This document shows, piece by piece, positions 47,933-57,974 of a stretch of 64,000 nt of DNA. The translations under genes and the position numbers were made by a program. The stretch comes from Escherichia phage SP27, in sequence record LC494302.1. One strand, given 5' to 3'. Under the pieces are notes generated by a model, which did no database searches, was not told where the DNA came from, and saw only the letters and a list, made by a program, of their open reading frames with translations. Position 1 is the stretch's first letter, and every line of letters starts with the position of its first letter.

Positions 47933-48295
47933 ATGAACGGGATAGAATTATCTTTCGTTGGTCAATTACTAGTAATGGCGTATACATTTATCTTCTCACT
48001 GAATGCATTCGTGTGCATTGGGAAGTACTTCCATAAGCGACCATTATCAAATATATATGATGTAATCCAAAAGAGATATAGTCCAGCATATACTGTGTTG
48101 GGTACAGTATTCAATTTTGGTTTTATTGTATTAATAATTGGACTGTTCACATCCTCTTTGAATACAATAACCTTCGGTCTTATGATATGTTCATTGGTAT
48201 TAGCCGTAATTATATGTTGTTTAGTACTGCACCTTGTGGTACTATTGTATATAAAGATCTCTGAAATCCACCAACGTTTGGGTATGAGGAAATAA
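47933..48295 (+). CDS. small multi-pass membrane protein, TM family (member 10)
   Basis: Trimmed to ATG 47933 behind GAGG. Confidence 0.65.
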   Translation: MNGIELSFVGQLLVMAYTFIFSLNAFVCIGKYFHKRPLSNIYDVIQKRYSPAYTVLGTVFNFGFIVLIIGLFTSSLNTITFGLMICSLVLAVIICCLVLHLVVLLYIKISEIHQRLGMRK

Positions 48296-48296
48296 T

Positions 48297-48668
48297 ATGA
48301 GTTACCGTGAGATATTTTCCATTATTTCAATTATTATGTTCAGTACTGGAACACTGGTATGGTTATTATACTTCTTCTGTATTAATCCAGTGTATAATAT
48401 GTTATGTAATATTAAATCAAGTGCCGGATATATCACTTTTATGGTCTTTATGGGATATTATTGTCTAAGCATTTTAGGTGTTGTTTTGGTTGTTATATTT
48501 GATGTGGGACCAAATAGTGATGGTATGGAAATACATGAATTAATAACCATGTTTGGATGTATGATACCAACAGCACTACTGTTTGTAGCTACTGGTAGTG
48601 GATTGATAAAATTATATAATTATTTAAAATCCATTCATAATTCCATTCATAATAAGCGTATGTCATAA
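48297..48668 (+). CDS. small multi-pass membrane protein, TM family (member 11)
   Basis: 123 aa, AGGAAA SD. Confidence 0.65.
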   Translation: MSYREIFSIISIIMFSTGTLVWLLYFFCINPVYNMLCNIKSSAGYITFMVFMGYYCLSILGVVLVVIFDVGPNSDGMEIHELITMFGCMIPTALLFVATGSGLIKLYNYLKSIHNSIHNKRMS

Positions 48669-48675
48669 TAAAAAA

Positions 48676-48697
48676 TCCAGTACTATTAAGTACTGGA
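48676..48697 (-). terminator. hairpin acting as minus-strand terminator (A6 on plus = T6 on minus)
   Basis: TCCAGTACT-ATTA-AGTACTGGA; T-run only on minus-strand side. Confidence 0.45.
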
Positions 48698-48710
48698 TGT
48701 ATAAGGAGTT

Positions 48711-49373
48711 ATGATGAAATCAAAATTAGGTTTGTTTTATAAAAACTATTTTGTTAAACAACGTAAATTTATAAAAAAATATTTCTCTGGCGAGAAGTCT
48801 AGTCCTATAATCTTTAAAAGACCAAGTTATAATACTTACTTAGCTGGTGCTAAACAGTCTAAGAAATTTATTACTCTTTTACATAAAAACAAAATTAAAG
48901 CTTCTTATGTTGAAACGAGAAGAAACTCATCAATAACTCCTGGTGATTTTATTGAGTACGGATGTTTCAATATTAAGTACAATGATAATACATACTTTAT
49001 GGATATTGATTGTAATACATCCAATCTTTTTAACATTGTAGTAAATCCATTAAAACAATATAATGTTTATGGTGATTCTATTATCAAATTAATCAAAAAC
49101 AAAGATAGCTTTGATTTTGAAATAAATGTTTTAGATGATAATTTTGACGAAGTACCAGTAAACCCTGAAATCTGTGATATTTTAAACAGTTTAAAAGGTA
49201 GTACCTACACTATATCATCTGATTTAATGTTTCAGTACTCATTAATCCATAAAGATATTGAAAAGTATATTGAATGCTCCAGAATTTTGAATTTTCTCTA
49301 TGATGAATTTAAAAAGAGTTCTAAAATAACTGCATACACTTTGTACAATATTCCTAAAATGGTGAATCTTTAA
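48711..49373 (+). CDS. FQxST-motif family protein
   Basis: 220 aa, AAGGAG SD; motif SSDLMFQYSLIHKD; last plus-strand gene. Confidence 0.65.
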   Translation: MMKSKLGLFYKNYFVKQRKFIKKYFSGEKSSPIIFKRPSYNTYLAGAKQSKKFITLLHKNKIKASYVETRRNSSITPGDFIEYGCFNIKYNDNTYFMDIDCNTSNLFNIVVNPLKQYNVYGDSIIKLIKNKDSFDFEINVLDDNFDEVPVNPEICDILNSLKGSTYTISSDLMFQYSLIHKDIEKYIECSRILNFLYDEFKKSSKITAYTLYNIPKMVNL

Positions 49374-49777
49374 CAAATACAGTACTGGCAACTCCACCGT
49401 CTGTAATATATTGTCCAGTACTGTAAATTTGTATACCATCGGTTAAGTAAGTTCTGTATAAAGTTGCTGTAACATATACGTTATTCATATTCATCTCTAT
49501 TGGTAGTACACATTTGGTATAGGCCGACACATCTGTTTGTGTACCTATACCCAATTGACCTGCGTTATCGCCTGTGTTATTACCAGTTGCGTAAACACCC
49601 AATGAAGTTATAATATGATTAGAAAAATATGAATAACCCAAACTCTTGAGATTCTCTACTGTACAACGTACCATCTGACATAAGGGCAAAAACTGTTGTA
49701 TCAGATGAAGCTATTTTTGTTACAGAAGGTTGTATGTTCTGTTTTGATGATGTGATAATTCTTCGAAAGGGTAGCAT
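49354..49777 (-). pseudogene. collapsed RCC1-like paralog (first blade fused out of frame to last blades)
   Basis: ATG 49777 gives MLPFRRIITSS...DGTLYS then stop at 49619; other frame (49354..49689) encodes C-terminal blades GVYATGNNTGDNAGQLGIG. Confidence 0.55.
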
Positions 49778-49849
49778 TGTATCCTCCAAATGTAAATCGT
49801 TATTATATTTAGGACAAAAAAATGCCAGTACAAGGCACTGGCATAAAAT
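49778..49849 (-). promoter_or_regulatory. array cassette, diverged copy
   Basis: Minus strand: GCCAGTGCCTTGTACTGGC, T7, TAAATATAATA, GGAGGA, ATG. Confidence 0.5.
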
Positions 49850-51019
49850 CTAAGCAGAAGGCATATCCTTCATCTTAATAAATGAAAATTGTGTACCAGT
49901 ATTTGTGGTTTGATCAGTAAAATATGAATTACTACCAGCCCAGTACAATTCATTATTAACTATACAATATATAACAGAACTCGAACTCTGTGAATACACA
50001 CGACTTATATTTGATGGTTCTACTCCAGTACTGAACTGAACCGAACCCAACTGTGAACTTGGTATCACATCAGTTGGTCTACCTAAACCATTAACACCAG
50101 CCCCACCACCACATGTATATACCCCAGTACTATCAGTTGATATATTAACATAACCATTTCCAGCATTTTCAAATAGTATTTCACTGGGAACAACACCAAA
50201 TCCTGTAAGATCTATTTTCCTGAATGTAGTATAAACCGTAGAACCGCCAACACCTCTTCCACCATAATCATTAGAACCAGCCATATAGATACTATATCCA
50301 GAACTTCCTAAACATAATAACTGTACGTTGTCATATAATATTTGCATAGATATAACGTTATCAGGAATACTCAATACCGTAAAAGTAGTTAAAGAAGAAC
50401 TTCCAATATTACTACCAACCGATGTTCCACATCTGTAGTACTTACCGCCCTTTATATAATGGAATGATGAACCACCTAATTTATGTGCTCCTATTGCACT
50501 TACCTCAGTATCTATGAGAATGGGAGATACAACTTTGTTATTAACACCTAACTCAGATCTACTGTTCATACCGAACCCATATAAACGACCATCTAACATC
50601 AATATTAGTGTACTACCTGATGTACCCGCTGATGTAAATTCTATATTCTTTATCTGTGACACGTCAATACCTACAAATAATGAAGTTACTTCAGTCCAGT
50701 TAACATATGAACCACTAGCCCCAAAATATCCACCCATGTATAGTCCGGCACAATATAACTTATTATCAACCGTCTTTATTAATGTACCGGATACACACGC
50801 CCAAAAATCATCAACTTCATAGGGTACATGTACCCAACCACCTAATACATCACTATCATTCCCTGTTCCTAATTTGTAGTTCGATCCAGAACCACGCATA
50901 TACATATTCCCTGTACTATAAAGTAATCCGACATGTAATTGACTACCATCCAATTTCTTTATTTCGGGAAGAGTTGGTTTAATATTTCCGTACTTTAACA
51001 TTCTTCCAAAAGGTAACAT
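49850..51019 (-). CDS. RCC1-like repeat protein with MLPF tag
   Basis: Trimmed to MLPFGRMLKYGNIKP; blades with GSNYKLGTGN, GMNSRSELGVNN. Confidence 0.8.
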   Translation of the reverse strand: MLPFGRMLKYGNIKPTLPEIKKLDGSQLHVGLLYSTGNMYMRGSGSNYKLGTGNDSDVLGGWVHVPYEVDDFWACVSGTLIKTVDNKLYCAGLYMGGYFGASGSYVNWTEVTSLFVGIDVSQIKNIEFTSAGTSGSTLILMLDGRLYGFGMNSRSELGVNNKVVSPILIDTEVSAIGAHKLGGSSFHYIKGGKYYRCGTSVGSNIGSSSLTTFTVLSIPDNVISMQILYDNVQLLCLGSSGYSIYMAGSNDYGGRGVGGSTVYTTFRKIDLTGFGVVPSEILFENAGNGYVNISTDSTGVYTCGGGAGVNGLGRPTDVIPSSQLGSVQFSTGVEPSNISRVYSQSSSSVIYCIVNNELYWAGSNSYFTDQTTNTGTQFSFIKMKDMPSA

Positions 51020-51097
51020 AATTCCTCCTTTATTCATTATACTATATTTAATACAAATAAGAAAGCCAGTACAAAGTACTGGCATAGTTTTATAGTA
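51020..51097 (-). promoter_or_regulatory. array cassette (hairpin terminator + late-type promoter + SD)
   Basis: Minus: GCCAGTAC-TTT-GTACTGGC, TTTCTTATTTGTATTAAATATAGTATAATGAATAAAGGAGGAATT-ATG. Confidence 0.7.
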
Positions 51098-52207
51098 TTA
51101 TTTCGGCATTGTAATTGCAGACCATGAGTTCGTGGTAATAGGACCTGGTACATACAAAAAAGAACCACAAGCATAAATTTGATTATTACCATCAAATACT
51201 ATACTAAAATGTGCACATGTGTATAATGATGATTTTTCTGGGTTGTAATTATCTAAAGTTAGTGTATTGGTGAATCTACTCAAACCACCTCCCGAACCAT
51301 TTCTACCAAATTCACCAGTACTGTATATCTTTCCTTCGGTTGTTGCGTACATATTAACATATGAAGTCGCACTTGATTTTGATATTTTATGTATCTTACT
51401 ATCAATAGTAGTGGAGTTAAATGCAAATGGATATACTTGTGTGTTCGTTGTAATACCGTTACCAAGTTGACCAATATACTGCCAACCTGCGTTGTATATA
51501 TTGCTGGCTGAATAAGCAAGAGTACCAGTACTGTTACCACCAAATAGTTTAACACTTGTTAACCTGCTTACTAGTGTAGTATACTGTCCTGGACTTACGC
51601 CAAGTGAACCATACCCACTGCTCCCGCAACCGAGAAGTTCATTATTTGATGTTAATATTAATGTGTTATTCTGTGTACCCAATATATCAAGAACTGTATT
51701 AGCTCCGGTATTAATAACTGAAACAAAAGTACTCTGAGCCGTGGAATACCCACCACCGAGTGAATAGTTACCATTCATGCCTCTACCATAAACAATCGAA
51801 CCACTAGCATCAACGTAGTGCATTGTATCTGCACCAATTGATATCATTTTAATATTAGATATATGTGGAAATGAAGAAGTAACATTCAAACCACCCAACG
51901 GAATCATAGTATTTCCTGTGCCTAATTGTGTGGTAACTCCATGCATTATGAATTCTTCACCCTTGAGATAAAGAATATTGTACGCACCAGCCCATGCATC
52001 AGTAACACCTTCTGAAATTAATATCCAAGTATTTCTTGTTGCTGTATTTTCAACGTTTAACTGCAAATACGTATTAACCCCACAACCATAAAGTGAGCCA
52101 TCGCCATAGAGGACGTACAAATTATCAAGACCGCACAGTACTTTCTTTATCTTTGGAGCTTCAGGTGCAATATTTCCGTACTTAACCATTCTAGCAAAAG
52201 GTAACAT
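51098..52207 (-). CDS. RCC1-like repeat protein with MLPF tag
   Basis: MLPFARMVKYGNIAP; GSSGYGSLGV, IGQLGNGI; SD directly after upstream stop (no cassette). Confidence 0.8.
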   Translation of the reverse strand: MLPFARMVKYGNIAPEAPKIKKVLCGLDNLYVLYGDGSLYGCGVNTYLQLNVENTATRNTWILISEGVTDAWAGAYNILYLKGEEFIMHGVTTQLGTGNTMIPLGGLNVTSSFPHISNIKMISIGADTMHYVDASGSIVYGRGMNGNYSLGGGYSTAQSTFVSVINTGANTVLDILGTQNNTLILTSNNELLGCGSSGYGSLGVSPGQYTTLVSRLTSVKLFGGNSTGTLAYSASNIYNAGWQYIGQLGNGITTNTQVYPFAFNSTTIDSKIHKISKSSATSYVNMYATTEGKIYSTGEFGRNGSGGGLSRFTNTLTLDNYNPEKSSLYTCAHFSIVFDGNNQIYACGSFLYVPGPITTNSWSAITMPK

Positions 52208-52217
52208 AAATTCCTCC

Positions 52218-53397
52218 TTAAATTTGTGGCAATTGGTATTCAGTTAAAGTCCATGTACCAACAACTGTCCCTACTGGAGACATACCAGTGTAGTATAATT
52301 TCCCATTCACATATGCAAATAATGCATTGTCATTCGCAGCAACCAACGATGTTGACGGATCATAAACTACAGAATTTGGAAATTGTGCTTGGACGAAAAT
52401 TGAAGCATTATTAGATGAATTGTTACCAAGCTGTCCATAATTATTATACCCTGTTCCAAAAATACGACTTCCATTTCTATATAATAATCCCCTAGGATTT
52501 TGTGAATATGTTTGTATAAATTCAAAATCGGAAACATTAGTTAATTGTAAATAAGTACTTTGTGGCGTTAAAGATATCTTATTAGTATTAGATAGAACAC
52601 CATTTCCTAATTGTCCGTGAATTTTGTGACCCTACACCATATAGCGGATAAGTATTATCTACATTAAGAACTATACCCAACATATTGTTATATGAAATTA
52701 TATCAACGGGGTACTGGCCTGTAGGAAAACTATACTTTGTCCAACTCGTCAAAGTATCAGTAGCAGAACCAGTTAACAATGTACCAGTACTAGTTTTACC
52801 ACATCGCCATACTGAATTATCATTTTTAATTATCCAAGTCGGACTATTGAAAAATGAACTAACCTTTTTAACATTAATATTAACCTGTGTAAATGATGTA
52901 AGTGTAGATGAACTACTACCCAACTCATAGGTCGAATTATCACCTATTGCGTAAAGAACACTATCATTTGTTAGTAAAAACATATTACGAACATTTGGAT
53001 ATATCTCCTTGATATTATCCACATTAAAACCTGAAAAATAAGACGTACAATCAACAAATGTAGTACTTTGAACTGCACTAGATGTACCAGTCCAAAGGTT
53101 CCAACCTGCATAATAAAATTTATTATCATTGGTCTGAACTAAGCTATATGAAGCATTCCTTGTGCACCAAAAATTTTTCACATTTTGCATTAAGCGAACC
53201 CATTTGGTCTGTGTCGTTGTATTTCCAAGACCGAATATACCAGCATTGTTACCGCCAATACCCCACAAATCACCGTTCTTATACAGAATCATCAATGTGT
53301 TGTTGGTAAAAGCCGATGGTGCTTGCATTTTAATTACACTAGATTCATATATAGGTGCTATATTCCCGTACTTAACCATTCTTGCAAAAGGTAACAT
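52218..53397 (-). pseudogene. RCC1-like paralog interrupted by a +1 frameshift
   Basis: Frame A MLPFARMVKYGNIAP... stops at 52588; +1 frame continues HGQLGNG...GYNNYGQLGNNS... to TAA 52218; shift near A4 run 52622-52625. Confidence 0.6.
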
Positions 53398-53505
53398 AAA
53401 TCCCTCCTTTATTCATTATACTATATTTAATACAAAAAGAAATGCCAGTATCAAGTACTGGCATTATGTTAATTAATAGTGTCTTTCTAAACACATTTCG
53501 TGCCT
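53398..53505 (-). promoter_or_regulatory. array cassette (longer copy)
   Basis: Same hairpin/promoter/SD plus ~37 extra nt after upstream stop. Confidence 0.7.
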
Positions 53506-54681
53506 TTATTCAGGTAGTACCAATTTCTTCATTGTAACTTGTTGTGTACCTGGACTCTGTTCCTGAAACATAGACCCGTTACCACACCAGTACACCTCAT
53601 TAGTCCCCACTAACGCGTATAACACACCAGAACCACCTTGTACTGAAAATGCATTAACATCTGGTGCAACATCCATATCCTCATATTGTACCTGGTGGTA
53701 ATAAGATCTTTCTGATGCAGTAGTAACAGGCCAACCAAGAGGAACACCACTACCACATGTATAAAGTTTACCATTCTGTGTCATTGCCATTATAAAATAA
53801 TTCAAACTGTGATTGTTCATCGACCCAGCATCTGGTATAATACCACTAATTTCGGGAGTAGCACTAAATGGACTCATTGTAACCTTCGTGTCTCCATACC
53901 CAATTCCTAAACAATAATCAGTGTTTATCCCAGCAGTATATACTCTAATATTACCCTTATTCGATGTAAGTACTGAAGTCGTCAAATTAGTACATGAAAT
54001 ACCAATAACTGTTCCAGATATATCAGTACTTACTGTAAATGTGGATAGTTTAGATGCACTTGTACCTAGGTTATAACTTGCGTTATTACCACATCTGTAA
54101 TATTGACCATTTTTAACATAATGTAAAGCACCACCAAAGTGTGTACCAGCAATCATAGTAACACCAGTATCAATCTTAATCGGTGTCGCTTTTGCACCAG
54201 AAACACCCAGTTCACCTCCAGTATTACTACCTATCCCGTATAAATCACCATTGCTTAACATAATTAATAAAGTACCATTTGAAGCGACAGTCTCAGTAGA
54301 AGCTATATCTTGAACTGTAGTAAGGCTTGGTATTGTAGACAATATTGATGTAATATTTGTCCATCCTGGAACAGGCGATTTGACCACACCAAGGTATCCC
54401 ATTTGTCCTGCTAAGTAAAATTCTCCTTCAGTCGTAAGTATAATGGTCCCTGCGGATAAACACCAAACATTAGCAACTTTATATGGACACTGTATCCATC
54501 CATTTTGTAAATACGCAGTACTATCATTTCCTAGCCTATATTGTGCACCATTACCACGTAGATATAAATTGCCACTATCGAACAACATACCCACATGTGT
54601 TGTAGATGTAGCAATCTTCAGTACACCCGAAGGTGCTGGTTTAACATTCCCGTACTTAACCATTCTTGCAAAAGGTAACAT
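53506..54681 (-). CDS. RCC1-like repeat protein with MLPF tag
   Basis: MLPFARMVKYGNVKP; GSNTGGELGVSG. Confidence 0.8.
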   Translation of the reverse strand: MLPFARMVKYGNVKPAPSGVLKIATSTTHVGMLFDSGNLYLRGNGAQYRLGNDSTAYLQNGWIQCPYKVANVWCLSAGTIILTTEGEFYLAGQMGYLGVVKSPVPGWTNITSILSTIPSLTTVQDIASTETVASNGTLLIMLSNGDLYGIGSNTGGELGVSGAKATPIKIDTGVTMIAGTHFGGALHYVKNGQYYRCGNNASYNLGTSASKLSTFTVSTDISGTVIGISCTNLTTSVLTSNKGNIRVYTAGINTDYCLGIGYGDTKVTMSPFSATPEISGIIPDAGSMNNHSLNYFIMAMTQNGKLYTCGSGVPLGWPVTTASERSYYHQVQYEDMDVAPDVNAFSVQGGSGVLYALVGTNEVYWCGNGSMFQEQSPGTQQVTMKKLVLPE

Positions 54682-54753
54682 AAATTCCTCCTTTATTCAT
54701 TATACTATATTTAATACAAAAAGAAATGCCAGTACTTGAGTACTGGCTTTATG
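54682..54753 (-). promoter_or_regulatory. array cassette
   Basis: GCCAGTACT-CA-AGTACTGGC hairpin, conserved promoter/SD block. Confidence 0.7.
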
Positions 54754-55905
54754 TCAATAAACATCCCAAGGTAATGGTGTCTTTCTAAACCCATACCTAG
54801 TTGCGTTCTGCCCATCTCCGGCAATGTATCTACCGGTCCCACACTGATATAATTCAGTACTGCTACATATCGCACCACCAATAGTACCACTACACCACTG
54901 TGTTATATTAGAATATAATATTGGTAAATCACTACATTTGGTATATAATGCAACAGTGGCAGCCCCGCTCGGACCACCAAACACACTTCGGTTCGAACCC
55001 GTGTAATATATGCCATCTGGACTCATAAATGCAGATGTATAAGTTGTACTGCAATCCACTGGACTTCTTATATTATTAAGATCGCTTGGGTATGCTCTAG
55101 CACCATATGTGTATACATTACCAGCAGTAGTAATACCATTACCTAACTGACCATCATTTTGTCCACCACATGTAACCAACGATGCAGTACCGGAAACAAT
55201 TGCAGTAGCATTATACGAAGTACCTATAGCAATAGAAGCACCCGCCCTTTGGGATGGGGTAGGAACTGCGGCTGCGTTCCCCTGACCTAATTCACCATTG
55301 ACATTTCTTCCCCATCCATATACCGAGGTGGTATCTAATTGACATAGTACTGTACCATAACTAAACGTATATCGTATATCTTTCACAGCCGATGGTAAAC
55401 CACTAACTTTAGTTGCAACACTAATAACTCCAGAAACACCAGTAACTCCAGCGTTTGCGTTCATATTACGTCCATATGCGTATAAAGAACCATCAGCAGT
55501 TTTAATATGCATCATGCCATCTGTGCAATATAATGCATCGATGCTATCCACTACAACCGCTCCCATACTAGACGTTATATCGTTCCACCCAAGCGTTGTA
55601 GTACTAGAAATTAAGTTATTTCCGGCGTAAAGTATTCTATTATCATTTGTAACAACTACAGTATAATTGGTAGTAACGCCAATTAATCTAACATTCTCAT
55701 GTATCTTAGACCACATTCCTATTGAATTTGTGTTAGCGTCCAGAAATCCCAACTGACCAGCGGTATTATATCCAATACCCCACACATCACCTTCACTGTC
55801 CAATAACACTTCATGTGAAAAGCCAATCTTAAAATCTTTTATTGTAGGAACTACTGGAACTGGTGCAATATTCCCGTACTTAACCATTCTTCCAAAAGGT
55901 AACAT
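54754..55905 (-). CDS. RCC1-like repeat protein with MLPF tag
   Basis: MLPFGRMVKYGNIAP; GYNTAGQLG, WGRNVNGELGQGN, GQNDGQLGNG. Confidence 0.85.
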   Translation of the reverse strand: MLPFGRMVKYGNIAPVPVVPTIKDFKIGFSHEVLLDSEGDVWGIGYNTAGQLGFLDANTNSIGMWSKIHENVRLIGVTTNYTVVVTNDNRILYAGNNLISSTTTLGWNDITSSMGAVVVDSIDALYCTDGMMHIKTADGSLYAYGRNMNANAGVTGVSGVISVATKVSGLPSAVKDIRYTFSYGTVLCQLDTTSVYGWGRNVNGELGQGNAAAVPTPSQRAGASIAIGTSYNATAIVSGTASLVTCGGQNDGQLGNGITTAGNVYTYGARAYPSDLNNIRSPVDCSTTYTSAFMSPDGIYYTGSNRSVFGGPSGAATVALYTKCSDLPILYSNITQWCSGTIGGAICSSTELYQCGTGRYIAGDGQNATRYGFRKTPLPWDVY

Positions 55906-55977
55906 AATTCCCCTCCTTATTCATTATACTATATTTAATACAAATAAGAAAGCCAGTATCAAGTACTGGCCTATATT
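55906..55977 (-). promoter_or_regulatory. array cassette
   Basis: Conserved hairpin/promoter/SD block. Confidence 0.7.
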
Positions 55978-56715
55978 TTAGACTGAATTGTTAGGATAAT
56001 ATCTCCCACGTCCCCATATTATTCGCACAGCACCACCACCAGCAGCCGTATAAGAAAAATTATCCCATATACTACCACCACCACCATACATCTTACCAGC
56101 ACCACCACTACCAGCACCACCATTATATGAACCATCGTATCTACCGCCAATACCATTAGCACCTTGAACAATGATACCAGTACCACCACCCGTACCAATG
56201 AACGAGGTATTATAGAATGCACCACCACCACCGCCGCCGCCAGCACCATTTTCACCAGTGATTGCATCTCCGTTACCACCTTTACCAGTGTAGCCACCAG
56301 CACCACCACCAATGACTGCACCACCACTTACACCAGCGTTGCCCCCATTACCACCACCATCATTAATAGCGTTAGCAGCTTTCCCACCTAGTCCACCAAC
56401 CCTATATTCACCAGTGAAGCTAACACATAGTTTTTCAGTTCCACGATATAAACCGTTTTCAACTGCTGTAGTAGTGTTGGGATGTGTAAGAGAAACACTT
56501 AAGTACTCACCACTAGTAACCGGAATATTATTACGCCACGATAAGCCGCCACCAGCACCACGTTGACCACCCGGCGAAATAACACATACTGATATTTCGG
56601 TAACGCCAGCAGGAACTGTAAATTGTGTTGTTCCTATTGTCGTGATTAATTGTTCACCATCTGGCTTATATTCAATTTTATTCCCGTACTTTACCATTCT
56701 TCCAAAAGGTAACAT
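55978..56715 (-). CDS. glycine-rich protein carrying the same MLPF tag
   Basis: Trimmed to MLPFGRMVKYGNK; FTVPAGVTEISV..., long GGxGG tracts, ends GGGAVRIIWGRG...; no RCC1 blades. Confidence 0.75.
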   Translation of the reverse strand: MLPFGRMVKYGNKIEYKPDGEQLITTIGTTQFTVPAGVTEISVCVISPGGQRGAGGGLSWRNNIPVTSGEYLSVSLTHPNTTTAVENGLYRGTEKLCVSFTGEYRVGGLGGKAANAINDGGGNGGNAGVSGGAVIGGGAGGYTGKGGNGDAITGENGAGGGGGGGAFYNTSFIGTGGGTGIIVQGANGIGGRYDGSYNGGAGSGGAGKMYGGGGSIWDNFSYTAAGGGAVRIIWGRGRYYPNNSV

Positions 56716-56786
56716 ACTTCCTCCTTTATTCATTATACTATATTTAATACAAATAAGAAAGCCAGTACTCAGTACTGGCTATTATA
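56716..56786 (-). promoter_or_regulatory. array cassette
   Basis: Conserved hairpin/promoter/SD block. Confidence 0.7.
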
Positions 56787-57974
56787 TTATAATTGTCGGG
56801 GTGTATCTAGTACATATCTAGTTGTACTAGGACCACCATCATCATAAGTTCCGGTTGAATATATATTTTTCATATCAGTTAGAAATGTACGATATGAACC
56901 TCTATATATTTTTATTTTATCATACATAGAATATGTTATTTGTGTAGGCATTGGACATGCAGTAAACTTACCAACAGTTGCACTAGTACCAATACCCAAT
57001 GAACCAGCATAACTACTGGCATTTAAACCAGTTGCATATACACCAGTACTCGTAATTAGTATACTAGATTGTGGTGGGTATCCAGTATGAATTGAATACA
57101 AAGTACCGGGTGGTAACGTCGTACTGTTATTTCCTAAAACTCCATTAACAGAGCTAGATGTAGTGTTATTTCCCCATGCCCCATTATTAGCTAACCCACC
57201 GACAAGGAACTGACGTGCTCCTGTATTTGGATTTTCAACTAAAGCACTTACTGCACCAGTTGAGCATCCTGTGTATTGTAACGTTTTTGTGTATGTTGTA
57301 TTTGGTTGATATAAAGTATATTGATTATATGAAGTCCATGTAGTCGCGGAACTTATACCGGATGTAACACCACCAATATATAAATTATTTTGTTTATCAA
57401 ACAACAATACACAGTTATTTGTTGACTGTATTTGTGCAATATCAACATTAGGTGTGACCGCTTTTACAAATGAACCATCGGTTATTTCATAAGTAGTTCC
57501 CGTTCCATCGGCGAATTGTCTAGCACTGTTCCACCCTGTACTCCATATTGTATTATTGTCCATTAAGAAAGTAAACCACGTAGTACCTCCATACATCTGT
57601 TTAATTGAAGTACTTGAACTTTGTGTGTACAAATTTTGAATATATTGGTTATAACTTAAAAACGTAGTAGTACTAGTTGATAAACCAATATGACTACCAT
57701 ATCCACAGTAATAATAATTTGAGTCATTGTCTTTTACTAATAAAGTTCCTTGTGTAAGCCAGCAATCGTTAACGTTTTCTCTAATTAATGTCCATGATTT
57801 TAATGCAGTGTTGTTTCCTCTACCGAATTTCCCAAAACTATTATTCCCACGTGCATATAGTTGACCATCCGTATACAGAACCACAACATCTAAATCAGTT
57901 GGGATTATTTTCTTAATTTGAAGTGGTACTGGGGCAATATTCCCATAATTCATCATTCTTGCAAAAGGTAACAT
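56787..57974 (-). CDS. RCC1-like repeat protein with MLPF tag
   Basis: MLPFARMMNYGNIAP; GNNSFGKFGRGN, GWNSARQF. Confidence 0.8.
   Translation of the reverse strand: MLPFARMMNYGNIAPVPLQIKKIIPTDLDVVVLYTDGQLYARGNNSFGKFGRGNNTALKSWTLIRENVNDCWLTQGTLLVKDNDSNYYYCGYGSHIGLSTSTTTFLSYNQYIQNLYTQSSSTSIKQMYGGTTWFTFLMDNNTIWSTGWNSARQFADGTGTTYEITDGSFVKAVTPNVDIAQIQSTNNCVLLFDKQNNLYIGGVTSGISSATTWTSYNQYTLYQPNTTYTKTLQYTGCSTGAVSALVENPNTGARQFLVGGLANNGAWGNNTTSSSVNGVLGNNSTTLPPGTLYSIHTGYPPQSSILITSTGVYATGLNASSYAGSLGIGTSATVGKFTACPMPTQITYSMYDKIKIYRGSYRTFLTDMKNIYSTGTYDDGGPSTTRYVLDTPRQL

Noticed and set aside
56019-56566. Three tracked ORFs (56019..56327 minus; 56164..56391 and 56312..56566 plus) inside the glycine-rich gene
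   Set aside because: These are alternative-frame and antisense readings of GGN/ACC-rich repeats. They have no SD and are fully contained in the tagged gene 55978..56715.
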